DNA of 64,000 nt from Eledone cirrhosa. Taxonomy: Eukaryota. The stretch is taken from contig OZ024742.1 of NCBI GenBank assembly GCA_964016885.1, positions 315,952,001 to 316,016,000 of the forward strand, in the 5' to 3' direction. Made by a program: the position numbers and the translations under genes. Under the pieces are notes generated by a model. It ran no database searches. It had not been told where the DNA came from and worked only from the letters and a program-made list of their open reading frames with translations. This document shows, piece by piece, positions 13,664 through 25,695 of the stretch (the stretch's first letter is position 1; each line of letters opens with the position of its first letter).

Positions 13664-14155
13664 CTAGCTTTTCAAGATTTGTATTGAGGCAGTTACTAAC
13701 ATATCCAGTGCCCCAATAATCACAGGCATAAATCTGAAGGTGTAATCAGGGTGGAGTATCTGCAGATTTCTCATCAGTTCTGCATAAATATTCTCCTTTT
13801 CATTAATCTTTGATATTATATTGGCATCTGCTGGGCAGCTAATTTCCACTACTGTGCATGTTTTCTTCTCCCTGTCCCATATCATAATATCTGGTCTGTT
13901 ATGCCTACATTTTATTGGGGTTTTTACTGGAACATTCCACCAGTACTCTTTCATATTATGTACATGGATGTCTTCCACATTGTTGTAGCTTTTAATGTGT
14001 TTATTATCGGGGCTATCTTTTTTACGAACTGCATTGTACAGTGTTTTGGCCACTACATCATGCCTCATAGGTAGATAGTACCGCGGTGACATCTTTGGGC
14101 AGCTGCTGATGACATGGGTGATATCCTCGACGTTAGTTCTGCAGAGTCTGCACTT
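13664..14155 (-). pseudogene. CCHC zinc knuckle and restriction-like endonuclease (PD-(D/E)xK)
   Basis: CRLC..HVISSC, RHD, RPDIMIWD..VVEISCP..K..EK..Y. Confidence 0.9.
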
Positions 14156-14308
14156 GTTATCGCATCTAGGTGCTTTGCCTGCATCCCTATCTCTTTTGTG
14201 AATCAGGTATTTCGTGCTAATCTCCTGTTCTTGGATTGCAAAAGCGTATCCTTCAAAGTGGGAGCCAATATAGCGGTTGTTGGTCCAAGATAGGTCTACA
14301 TTCCTTAT

Positions 14309-15841
14309 CTATATTACTCTCACTCTGGAGCTTCCTGGCAACATATCCATGCAAGATATTTTGCTGATAGGCATGCAGTTTTTCATCCATGGATTCACTG
14401 GTGTGAGTTTTTGATTATCACACAGCGAATATCTCTTAAGGAGTTCCTTCCCAACTCTCATGATCTTATCTGTTTCATGCAGATAGACTTGCTCGAGAAG
14501 CGGGCTCCTACGCTTCGAGGTTCGTAGATGTTGTCGGAGAGATATGATGCGACATTCAAATGTTGTCTGGACTGATGTTAGGCCTCTGCCTCTCTGCTTA
14601 CGTTTCAAGTAAAGGCGGTCTATGTCACTGTTGATGTGGAAGTTTCCGGTGTTGTTCAGTATTTTTCGAGTTCCAACATCAACTGCTCGGATTTCGTCTA
14701 TCGAATTGAGTATTCCAAACGTTGGTGTTAGGACAGGCACAGGAAACACATTGTGAACCACTGTTTTGTTTTGCGCAGAGAGTTCCGATGACCAGATCTT
14801 TTTTAATCGGGTGTAGTATTCCCTGGTTACGCGTTCTTTATTACAGATACCATTATAGGATATGTTCTCATCTATCCCCAGGTATCTGTAGCAGTCCTCA
14901 TCAGATATCGGTGAAACAGTTAGACCATTGATGACAATGTTGCTAGATTGGGTTGTTGTTTTTCCCCGCTTTACAGTCATGTATGAGCATTTATCTTGGC
15001 CAAACTCCATTCCTATATCCTTTGAGAACGTTGTAACCAGGTCAAGATTTTTCTTCATCCCATCCATGTTCTTGGCATAGAGTTTCAGATCGTCCACAAA
15101 GAAGTTATGGGTTAGGTTCGTATTTCTGTCCTCCCGTGAGCCAATGATGTATCCCTCACATTTCTTGAGCAGAAAGGACAAGGGGTTTAATGACAAGATG
15201 AACAATATTACAGAGAGACTATCCCCCTGAAATATACCCCTGCAATATTTTATTTTATCAGTGAAAATAGCGTCCTCCCTCTCTGTCTTTAACCTTAGGA
15301 TAGTAGCCCAAGAAGAAGACAGCCTCTCTATGGCTCTGACAATAATGTCTGGGACCTTAGCAAGTTGGAGGGCCTCTATCATCCAAGAGTGGGGAACAGA
15401 ATCGAAAGCTTTCTTGTAGTCCAGCCAGACTGTAGTCATATTCCTCCTAAGTTGTCGCACCTCCGACATCGCAGTTTTGTTGATTAGAAGTTGTTCAGCA
15501 CATCCCCAAACCCTTTTCTTTCCAGCTGCTTGTTCATCTGTGATGATGTTATTATTTTCACAGTGATCTTGGAGGAATAGGTTCAGACAGGCTGTATTCA
15601 TCTTATACATCAGGTTCTGGCATGCAATGGGTCGGTAGTTTTTTGCCAAGTGGGTGTATTTGTTCTTGGGGACCAGTAACGTTTGTGCTAATGTCAACCA
15701 TTCTGGTATAAGTGTATCTCCCTTAAGAACTTGTTGGTAGAGGTCAGTAAGATACCTCCGATAGAATATTAGATTTTTGTACCAGTAGCCGACAATCATG
15801 TCTCTTCGTGGTGTTTTCTTATCTTGGAGTTTTCCTATCAC
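14309..15841 (-). pseudogene. Reverse transcriptase of R4/Dong-like element
   Basis: Motifs NYRPIAC, WLDYKKAFDSVPH, GIFQGDSLS, FFVDDLKLY, YRYLGI and DRLYLKRKQRGRGL. The frame is broken at both ends, with a deletion near 14400 relative to the copy at 27.6 kb. Confidence 0.92.
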
Positions 15842-17503
15842 TGTGACATATTTCGTATGTTTTTGTTGTAGTGTAGGAGCAATAGTTCTTTCGGATTTCT
15901 CTTAGCCACACTGCATCTTGGTTGAGATTCTTCTTTTCACCCCATATTTTTCTCCAAAAGGAATCTATGTCTTTCTGGGATGGGGCCTCAGTGACACTTA
16001 TTATTTTGCCCTTCATATCTCTATAGACTGATGTTTGGTTTCGTCTGAATCTTTTATTAAGCATCTTTCTCTCATCTACCTTCTTCAGGTATCGGCGTTT
16101 TTCGCTAACAGCTCTCAATTCTTGTTTGAGGGTGATCAGCTTATATTGGAGAGTTCTGGTTCTACTGTTACCAAACATCGTCTCTATTTCATTTTTCACT
16201 TTTTGTTGGTGAGGAGTGAGGTTTTTTGTGTGTTTGTTTGCATGTAAGGCGCATTGTCACATGTCCAATGTTTTTTCGTAGGTCAGCACTCTTTTTTTCT
16301 ATTTTAGTTATATATGATGGTATTTTTGGTGGTGTTTTGTTCTTGATAATCACTAGATAATGCTATCACCAAGATAATGCTTCACTGTCATTGCTAAGGC
16401 ATATAAACAGGCGTTGATTTGCCAAAATGTTGGGGTTTTTATCCGTCGTAAATATTCATCCCCTATTTCGTCAATAACACGTAGTATTTCATTATTTGGT
16501 TTTTTATTCACCATTGTCATTTTAACACGTTCAGCCAGAGAGATATTTATACATGAGTTAATTTCTCTCTGGAAGATTTCGTTGGGGAAATTTTCAATTG
16601 TTTATACTTTTGATTATCATTATCGATAGTATTTTCCACAACAGTCGAGGTAGACTCGGATGGTATACGTGGTGTCACATTTATTCGATTATTATTATAT
16701 TTCTTCGATTATTATTATTATCGATAGTGTTTTTTCCCAGCATTCAAGGTAGACTTAGATGGTACAGGTGGTGTCAAGTTTCTTACAGGCATAGTTGTTT
16801 CAAGGCGCTGTTCGACCTGGCTGCTAGGAAGTCTAGTAGCATGGCGATCTGTAGCACGTGTTGTTGATTCCATGTTTGTTGTGGGGGACTTACAATTAAT
16901 AATATTTATCTTATTTTTACGTTCAACAAACGTCGCTTGTTGGCGTAATTGTTTCGCTGTGAAATAATTTAGCTCTGGGTGCATTTCGTCCCAGTGTAGC
17001 TTCATTCTATTCATATAGCCAATAGAGGGATTGTTTTTTGCCATTTTATAACAATTAAATAAATCATTATTAAGTTCGCAACTCCAAGAGAAATGCGATT
17101 TATAATTTCGGTCTCTTCTGTAGCTACAACTGAATAAAGTTTGATTACCTTCTTTGTTATTTGTCTTCGATACTTCCTTAATTTTCTTGTTGATGTTGTG
17201 TTCAGCCATGCTGTTTGTAGCAAATCCTTGTAAAATGAATTATGTATTTAGTCGGATATCTCTACGAATTCGAATAAAAGGTGTCTTCAGAAAGGATAGT
17301 TAGAAGAATAACTAGTTATTCAACCTGGCTGTAGTTGTGGCATTACTGTCGGAGATAGTATTCATCTTAAATTTAATAAATAGTCTCCCACGCCAAAATA
17401 TGCGATTGATCGCGTTGACTGATGTATGTATGTATGCCTGTATGTATGTATGTATATATGTATGAGTGTATGCATGTATGTATGTATGTATGTATGTATG
17501 TAT

Positions 17504-18111
17504 GTCAGGTCACCACTTGGTGCTATTGGTAACATGTATCCCAGTACAACCTGTCTCATGGTCGGGTCGTTGGCGACTAAACTGGCAACCCCACCAAGGT
17601 TTCTTGGTGAGGAGGGTGACTTTGGACATCCTGCAGGACTAAAAACAAAACCTGTCAAAGGGCAAAGGAGCTCTTAAGAGTCAATGGCCATCCAAAATCA
17701 CTGGGAGAGATGACCCCTTAGCCTTTGTCAAGGCAGAATTCTAGGAGAAGGAAAACTCTGATATAACACCTGCAACCCTGATGGTATCCAATGATGTTGA
17801 CTTGTTCTTCTTTTTGGTAAATATCATCTTGGTTAAGAGAGTGGGACTGGCTTTGTGCAGTGCCTTTGCTCACTATAAAAGCTTCATGGCACAGGCATTG
17901 CTTTGTATCTGGAGATCTCTCTGCACTTGTCGTCACATGGTACCAAAGGTAAAGCACTATGTGTCAATAATTGTCACAAGTGTAGTGTTTGTACCAGAGT
18001 TTTCAAGTCGCTGGCTGGACTAAAAAGTCACACTCGTTCAGCGCATCGGTAGGGGTTCTCCTACATGGATATAAAGTAGTGGCCGTACTCGAAAACGAGT
18101 TGGTAGCCACC
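17504..18111 (+). mobile_element. ~605-bp non-autonomous bipartite RTE-derived element (SINE-like), full length, (ATGT)n tail
   Basis: Multi-copy in the window. It contains the RTE-type 5'UTR motif TCTAGGAGAAGGAAAACTCTGA, a terminal C2H2 finger remnant CSVCTRVFKSLAGLKSHTRSAHR* and a 3' hairpin CTCG-AAAA-CGAG. (TATG)n lies on both sides. Confidence 0.85.
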
Positions 18112-18290
18112 ATGTATGTATGTATGTATGTATGTATGTATGTATGTATGTATGTATGTATGTATGTATGTGTGTGTGTATGTATGTATGTATATATGTG
18201 TATGTTTGTGTGTGTATGTATGTGTATGTATGTTCGTATGCTTGTATGTATGTAAGTATGTATGTATGTATATATATGTATGTGATTAAG

Positions 18291-18590
18291 CCACTGGGAG
18301 TGAAGGACCCCTAGCCTTTGTCAGGGCATTCTTCTAGGTGAAAGCAAATCAGGAAAATGGGATAACTCCGATATAAAACCTGCGTCTCAGTAGTTACCGA
18401 TGATGTTGATTTTTACTTCTTTTCGGGTTATAGCTACTGTCGCTCAGAGAGTGGGATTGGCTCAGTGCACAGTCTTTCCTCACTTTAAAAAAATCTTCAC
18501 GCACAGGCATTGCACAATAGAATTAATTAATAATTATTAATAATGGTATATCGTGCAATGGCCATACTCGATAACGAGGGGGCAGCTATC
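18291..18590 (+). mobile_element. Diverged subfamily copy of the RTE-derived short element
   Basis: Shares GACCCCTAGCCTTTGTCA, AGAGAGTGGGA, GCACAGGCATTGC and 3' TGGCCATACTCGATAACGAG..GGCAGC. Confidence 0.75.
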
Positions 18591-18621
18591 ATATATGATG
18601 TATGTATGTGTGTATGTATGT

Positions 18622-19125
18622 TATCTCTTTCTCTTAATTTCGAGTATATTTTTTTGACCGGCCACCTTCCTGGTGGCAAGGTTGTAAAAAAAAGAAATTG
18701 TCATCCCTTGAATCGCAAGAATGTTTTGCAAATTTTGAAGGTGCCAGCTATCGCAGCCATTTGTATACTATGAATTAAGGAACTGCGCTCTTTGTCCGCA
18801 AATCCAAGTTCAGTCATACTTTGGTCCAAGCGGGTTGGTAACCCGTAGCTCCAATAATGATGGGTATGAAGCTAAAGATGTATCTTGGATACTGGATTTG
18901 TAAACTCCTCATCAATGGTTCGTAGATGTCTTCCTTCTTGTGTATTTTTCTGACAACGTTTACAGCAAGTGGGCAGCTGATCTCCACAACAGAATACGTT
19001 TTAAATGTGTAGTCCCAAACAACAATATCAGGTCGGTTGTGCTTTAATTTGGTGGCAGTTTTTATTTTCAGATTCCACCAGTATTCCTTAGTGCCATCTA
19101 TCTCAATATATTCTTCCTCGTTTGT
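18622..19125 (-). mobile_element. 5'-truncated R4/Dong-like element, family B (RLE part)
   Basis: KEYWWNLKIKT..RPDIVVWD..VVEISCP..FIPIIIGATGY. Flanked by (TATG)n. Confidence 0.9.
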
Positions 19126-19144
19126 TGTATGTATGTATGTATGT

Positions 19145-19748
19145 AGGTCACCAGTTGGTGCTACTGGTAACATGTATCCCAGTACAACATGTCTCATGGT
19201 CAGGTCGTTGGCGACTAAACTGGCAACCCCACCAAGGTTTCTTGGTGGGGAGGGTGACTTTGGACATCCTGCAGGACTAAAAACAAAACCTGTCAAAAGG
19301 CAAAGGAGCTCTTAAGAGTCAATGGCCATCCAAAATCACCGGGAGAGATGACCCCTTAGCCTTTGTCAAGGCAGAATTCTAGGAGAAGGAAAACTCTGAT
19401 ATAACACCTGCAACCCTGATGGTATCCAATGATGTTGACTTGTTCTTCTTTTTGGTAAATATCATCTTGGTTAAGAGAGTGGGACTGGCTTTGTGCAGTG
19501 CCTTTGCTCACTATAAAAGCTTCACGGCACAGGCATTGCTTTATATCTGGAGATCTCTCTGCACTTGTCGCACATGGTACCATGGGCCCAGCACTATGTG
19601 TCAATAATTGTCACAAGTGTAGTGTTTGTACCAGAGTTTTCAAGTCACTGTCTGGACTAAAAAGTCACACTCGTTCAGCGCATCGGTAAGGGTTCTCCTA
19701 CATGGATATAAAGTAGTGGCCGTACTCGAAAACGAGTTGGCAGCCACC
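19145..19748 (+). mobile_element. RTE-derived short element, full length
   Basis: Near-identical to 17504-18111, with (TATG)n on both sides. Confidence 0.9.
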
Positions 19749-19807
19749 ATGTATGTATGTATGTATGTATGTATGTATGTATGTATGTATGTATGTATGT
19801 ATGTATG

Positions 19808-21198
19808 TTATCACTTTCTCTTAATTTCGAGTATATTTTTTTGACCGGCCACCTTGCTGGTGGCAAGGTTGTAAAAGAAAAGAAATTGTCATCCCTTGAA
19901 TCGCAAGAATGATTTGCAAATTTTGAAGGTGCCAGCTATCGCAGCCATTTCTAGACTATGAATTAGGGAGCTACGCTCTTTGTCTGCAAATCCAAGTTCA
20001 GTCATACTTTGGTCCAAACGGGTTGGTATATAACCCGTAGCTCCAATAATGATGGGTATGAAGCTAAACGTGTATCTTGGATACTGGATTTGTAAACTTC
20101 TCATCGATGGTCCGGAGATGTCCTCCTTCTCCTGTATTTTTCTGACAACGTTTACATCAAGTGGGCAGCTGATCCCCACAACAGAACACGTTTTCTATGT
20201 GTGGTCCCAAACAACAATATCAGGCCGGTTGTGCTTTAATTTGGTGGCAGTTTTTATTTTCAGGTTCCACCAGTATTCCTTAGTTCCATCTGTCTCAATA
20301 TATTCTTCCTCGTTTGTTAATTTTGTTTTCCGAAGTGCGTTCCAGATAGTTCTAGCTATCCCATCGTGTCTCATGGGGAGGTAGTAGCGAGATGACATTC
20401 TTTCGCAGCTGGCAACAATGAGGCTTACATCCTCGATCTTTGTTTTACATAGCCTACATTTATTGTCAGCTGCTGGCCCTCCGCTTTTGTGCAGCAGATA
20501 TTTGGTAGGGAGTTCTTGTTCCTGTATTGCATAGAGATATCCCTCAAGGTGTGATGTAATAAACTTGTCGGAACTCCATGCCAGGCTTTTTGAGTGGTTT
20601 ATCCCCTCTATGGTCTGTGTTTTACGTCTCAAGTATCCATGCACAACTTTTTCTGTAATTTGGTCAATTCTTTTATCTTGTTTGAACATTGAATAGGATC
20701 TTCCGATTTCTCTGGGTGAGAGATTTATATCAGGCTTTATTCCATATCTCTCCTCCAGATCAGTCGCTATTCTAATGATATTTTTTTTTCATGCTCATAA
20801 ACCTGGGCAAGATGGTTGCCAACCTTTTTCCTCTGTTGAAGGTGTTGCTTCAGTGTTACTATCCGGGTCTCATATGTTGTTAATATTGATTTTAGACCCC
20901 GGCCACCTTCCTTGCGTGAGAAGTATAGCCTATCCACATCACCATTGATGTTAAAGTTCCCAGTAACACTGAGAAGTTTGCGAGTTCTAACATCCATCTC
21001 ACTTAGTTCTTGCAATGACCAGTTCAGCAGGCCAAATGTTGGCGTTAGAATTGGCACAGCATAAGTATTGTGGGCAATGTATTTGTTGTATGCTGACAGT
21101 TCTGATGACCATATTTTCTTTACTCTTCTGAGGTATTCAGTTCTGGTTCTCTCCTTCTTTATGGGTCCATCATATCTGACATTCTCATCCTGTCCAAG
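19808..21198 (-). mobile_element. 5'-truncated R4/Dong-like element, family B (RT thumb, CCHC and RLE; disrupted)
   Basis: [43 protein letters not shown]. (TATG)n on both sides. Confidence 0.92.
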
Positions 21199-21265
21199 TA
21201 TGTATGTATGTATGTATGTATGTATGTATGTATGTATGTATGTATGTATGTATGTATGTATGTAT

Positions 21266-21649
21266 GTCAAGGCAGAATTCTAGGAGAAGGAAAACTCTGA
21301 TATAACACCTGCAACCCTGATGGTATCCAATGATGTTGACTTGTTCTTCTTTTTGGTAAATATCATCTTGGTTAAGAGAGTGGGACTGGCTTTGTGCAGT
21401 GCCTTTGCTCACTATAAAAGCTTCACGGCACAGGCATTGCTTTATATCTGGAGATCTCTCTGCACTTGTCGCACATGGTACCATGGGCCCAGCACTATGT
21501 GTCAATAATTGTCACAAGTGTAGTGTTTGTACCAGAGTTTTCAAGTCACTGTCTGGACTAAAAAGTCACACTCGTTCAGCGCATCGGTAAGGGTTCTCCT
21601 ACATGGATATAAAGTAGTGGCCGTACTCGAAAACGAGTTGGCAGCCACC
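21266..21649 (+). mobile_element. RTE-derived short element, 5'-truncated, probably chimeric
   Basis: 5' junction is identical to the 23171 copy, and 3' diagnostic variants are identical to the 19145 copy. Confidence 0.9.
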
Positions 21650-21692
21650 ATGTATGTATGTATGTATGTATGTATGTATGTATGTATGTATG

Positions 21693-23083
21693 TTATCACT
21701 TTCTCTTAATTTCGAGTATATTTTTTTGACCGGCCACCTTGCTGGTGGCAAGGTTGTAAAAGAAAAGAAATTGTCATCCCTTGAATCGCAAGAATGATTT
21801 GCAAATTTTGAAGGTGCCAGCTATCGCAGCCATTTCTAGACTATGAATCAGGGAGCTACGCTCTTTGTCTGCAAATCCAAGTTCAGTCATACTTTGGTCC
21901 AAACGGGTTGGTATATAACCCGTAGCTCCAATAATGATGGGTATGAAGCTAAACGTGTATCTTGGATACTGGATTTGTAAACTTCTCATCGATGGTCCGG
22001 AGATGTCCTCCTTCTCCTGTATTTTTCTGACAACGTTTACATCAAGTGGGCAGCTGATCCCCACAACAGAACACGTTTTCTATGTGTGGTCCCAAACAAC
22101 AATATCAGGCCGGTTGTGCTTTAATTTGGTGGCAGTTTTTATTTTCAGGTTCCACCAGTATTCCTTAGTTCCATCTGTCTCAATATATTCTTCCTCGTTT
22201 GTTAATTTTGTTTTCCGAAGTGCGTTCCAGATAGTTCTAGCTATCCCATCGTGTCTCATGGGGAGGTAGTAGCGAGATGACATTCTTTCGCAGCTGGCAA
22301 CAATGTGGCTTACATCCTCGATCTTTGTTTTACATAGCCTACATTTATTGTCAGCTGCTGGCCCTCCGCTTTTGTGCAGCAGATATTTGGTAGGGAGTTC
22401 TTGTTCCTGTATTGCATAGAGATATCCCTCAAGGTGTGATGTAATAAACTTGTCGGAACTCCATGCCAGGCTTTTTGAGTGGTTTATCCCCTCTATGGTC
22501 TGTGTTTTACGTCTCAAGTATCCATGCACAACTTTTTCTGTAATTTGGTCAATTCTTTTATCTTGTTTGAACATTGAATAGGATCTTCCGATTTCTCTGG
22601 GTGAGAGATTTATATCAGGCTTTATTCCATATCTCTCCTCCAGATCAGTCGCTATTCTAATGATATTTTTTTTTCATGCTCATAAACCTGGGCAAGATGG
22701 TTGCCAACCTTTTTCCTCTGTTGAAGGTGTTGCTTCAGTGTTACTATCCGGGTCTCATATGTTGTTAATATTGATTTTAGACCCCGGCCACCTTCCTTGC
22801 GTGAGAAGTATAGCCTATCCACATCACCATTGATGTTAAAGTTCCCAGTAACACTGAGAAGTTTGCGAGTTCTAACATCCATCTCACTTAGTTCTTGCAA
22901 TGACCAGTTCAGCAGGCCAAATGTTGGCGTTAGAATTGGCACAGCATAAGTATTGTGGGCAATGTATTTGTTGTATGCTGACAGTTCTGATGACCATATT
23001 TTCTTTACTCTTCTGAGGTATTCAGTTCTGGTTCTCTCCTTCTTTATGGGTCCATCATATCTGACATTCTCATCCTGTCCAAG
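21693..23083 (-). mobile_element. Duplicate of the family-B fragment at 19808-21198
   Basis: Same length (1391 bp) and same junctions, with only isolated substitutions visible. Confidence 0.92.
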
Positions 23084-23170
23084 TATGTATGTATGTATGT
23101 ATGTATGTATGTATGTATGTATGTATGTATGTATGTATGTATGTATGTATGTATGTATGTATGTATGTAT

Positions 23171-23555
23171 GTCAAGGCAGAATTCTAGGAGAAGGAAAAC
23201 TCTGATATAACACCTGCAACCCTGATGGTATCCAATGATGTTGACTTGTTCTTCTTTTTGGTAAATATCATCTTGGTTAAGAGAGTGGGACTGGCTTTGT
23301 GCAGTGCCTTTGCTCACTATAAAAGCTTCACGGCACAGGCATTGCTTTATATCTGGAGATCTCTCTGCACTTGTCGTTACATGGTACCATGGGCCCAGCA
23401 CTATGTGTCAATAATTGTCACAAGTGTAGTGTTTGTACCAGAGTTTTCAATACGCTGGCTGGACTAAAAAGTCACACTCGTTCAGCGCATCGGTAGGAGT
23501 TCTCCTACATGGATAAAAAGTAGTGGCCGTACTCGAAAACGAGTTGGCAGCCAAC
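23171..23555 (+). mobile_element. RTE-derived short element, 5'-truncated, followed by a long degenerate (TATG)/(TG) tract to ~23940
   Basis: Homologous to 17504-18111 from GTCAAGGCAGAATTC onward. Confidence 0.9.
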
Positions 23556-23668
23556 ATGTATGTATGTATGTATGTAAGTATGTGTGTATGTATGTATGTG
23601 TGTGTGTATGTATGTATGTATGTATGTATGTATGTATGTATGTATGTATGTATGTATGTATGTATGTA

Positions 23669-23701
<33 letters not shown>

Positions 23702-23940
23702 GTATGTATGTATCTGTGGTTGGAATGTATGTATGCGTGTATGTATGTATGTATCTGTGTATGTATGTGTGTATGTATGTATCTGTGTATGTATGTATGT
23801 ATGTATGTATGTATGCATGTATGTATGTATGTATGTATGTGTGTATGTATGTTTGTATGTATGTGTGTGTATGTGTATGTGTGTATGTATCTGTGATGTG
23901 AATGTATGTATGTGTGTCTGTGTATATGTATGTGTATATA

Positions 23941-24230
23941 TACAAGGTGGGTGGAAAGAAACTCTCTATTTAAAATTGTTAACTTTATTAATTATTGCTA
24001 GATTTTAATAAAGGATGTTTTATTTTAACAGTATAATGATAAAAGTACAGTACTACATTCTACATAGGTACCAGCGTTGTCCAACAATATAATCCTCTGG
24101 GTATGTCCTCGACTGACTTCATCATAGACTCAGGCGGTATGTTGGTCAGTATATCACAAATGCGTTCCTCCAAATGAGTCAAAGGTTTTGGTTTTGAGCT
24201 ACAAACTTCTTCCTTTACACACTTTCACTG
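23941..24230 (-). mobile_element. Tc1/mariner-superfamily transposon fragment (transposase C-terminus and one end)
   Basis: Minus translation VKEEVCSSKPKPLTHLEERICDILTNIPPESMMKSVEDIP resembles the mariner-like K..VY..KP..L..LE.RI......IP tail. The end reads TA-CAAGGTG. Confidence 0.6.
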
Positions 24231-24246
24231 GAAATAATCGGATAGC

Positions 24247-24541
24247 AGGTTAACTTTACCTTTCATCCTTACAGGGTCGATAAAATAAAGTACCAGTAAT
24301 ACACTGGTATAATTGCTGGCCTTGTGCCAAAAGTAGAAACAATTATTTCAGGTGGGTTGGCAGTATCGGTAGAGCGTCGGACGCCATGCTTTGACGCATA
24401 GAGTTACGGCCCTTGCCATTCTGAGTTCAAATCCCGCCGAGGTTAACTTTGATTTTCATCCTTACGGGGTCGATAAAATAAAGCACCAGTAATACACTGG
24501 GTTATTAGCTGGCCTGGTGCCAAAAGTAGAAACAATTATTT
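24247..24541 (+). mobile_element. Two tandem tRNA-derived SINE copies
   Basis: A partial copy at 24247-24346 and a full copy at ~24350-24541 with A and B boxes. Confidence 0.9.
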
Positions 24542-24765
24542 AGTCAGGGCTTCTCGTTAGTCATTCATGTGGACCTCGATGGCCCAGCTGATGTCTTGGA
24601 AATTGGACATGAAGCCTCTCACTATTGTCCTGTCTGTGCCTATAATTCCTGTAATTCATACTCCTATGTCACCTGTGCGTACAAAATCAGGAGGCACCCA
24701 ATCTTGTATGAATATGAGGCCATTAATGTTGTCCCAAGTCGTTACGATAGGCCAAAAGAAATAAT

Positions 24766-24949
24766 TGTTTCTACTTTTGGCACAAGGCCAGCAATTATCA
24801 GTACATTACTGGTACTTTATTTTATCGACCCCGGAAGGATGAAAGGCAAAGTCAACCTTGGCGGGATTTGAACTCAGATCGTAAAGGGACGTAACTATGC
24901 TGGAAAGCATGGCGTCCGACCTTCTACTGATACTGTCAATCCACCGCCC
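24766..24949 (-). mobile_element. tRNA-derived SINE with 18-bp TSD
   Basis: TAGGCCAAAAGAAATAAT occurs at 24748-24765 and 24950-24967. Confidence 0.92.
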
Positions 24950-25004
24950 TAGGCCAAAAGAAATAATGTTTAATGTAGAGTTCTTTTTACCCATCGTGTA
25001 TCTA

Positions 25005-25606
25005 AACTATAATAAAGTAAGAAGCGCGGGACTGCGTACGGTTTATAATTTTTTTATCCCCTTAGTAAAATAAGTTGTATTACTTTGAATAAATAATTGT
25101 TTCTACTTTAGGCACTAGGCCAGCAATTACCCAGTACATTACTGGTACTTTATTTTATCGACCCCGTAAGGATGAAAGGCAAAGTTAACCTCAGCGGGAT
25201 TTGAACTCAAACCGTAAAGGGACGTAACTATGCTAGAAAGCATGGAATGAATGAATATTACATAATTTATCTACTAAATTTCGTGGCTGTTCATTAAATA
25301 TATTTAATTACTTATTTAAAGATTCCCTTCTTTAACATTTTCAAATGTCAACACTTCCGGTTAGCGATCGTTTAAATAAATATTCATATATTTCTGTCAC
25401 TAATTTTCTCCTAATGCAGTTTATATATATATCGTATCATGGATTACGTTACTGATTACATAAGACAGTGTAACGCAGTCTTCGTTCAATTTCTGTGTAT
25501 ATGTCAATTACGATTGTATTTGATGTATCATATCTACATGTATATATACCTGCGTACAATATCAATATATACACTACACAAGCTAGCAGAAAACCACCTG
25601 AAGGGT
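25005..25606 (+). repeat. Unclassified dispersed repeat (inverted copy at ~60290-60745), interrupted by a SINE at ~25096-25244
   Basis: Colinear reverse-complement match, for example CAAATGTCAACACTTCCGGTTAGCGATCG and ATCATGGATTACGTTACTGATTACATAAGACAGTGTAAC. Confidence 0.85.
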
Positions 25607-25663
25607 ATATGTAATTATGTAAGTTCTGATTATTTTTATATTTCTCGCTAATAGATAGATAAA

Positions 25664-25695
<32 letters not shown>

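Larger units (their letters stand above)
13333..17423 (-). mobile_element. Near full-length RLE-type non-LTR retrotransposon, R4/Dong-like (family A), frameshifted
   Basis: Colinear ORF pieces: N-terminal domain (16718-17209, GYMNRMKLHWDEMHPE..QLRQQA), 15819-16199, RT (14309-15841), CCHC finger and RLE (13664-14150). Both ends abut (TATG)n. Confidence 0.92.

Noticed and set aside
19498-19689. C2H2 zinc-finger gene
   Set aside because: A single finger inside a multi-copy retroelement. The upstream frame differs between copies, so it is an RTE ORF remnant and not a host ZNF gene.
22652-23401. 249-aa fusion ORF (short element antisense + HTYI repeat + RT thumb)
   Set aside because: Chance read-through across the microsatellite. 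The frame depends on repeat number and differs in the duplicate unit.
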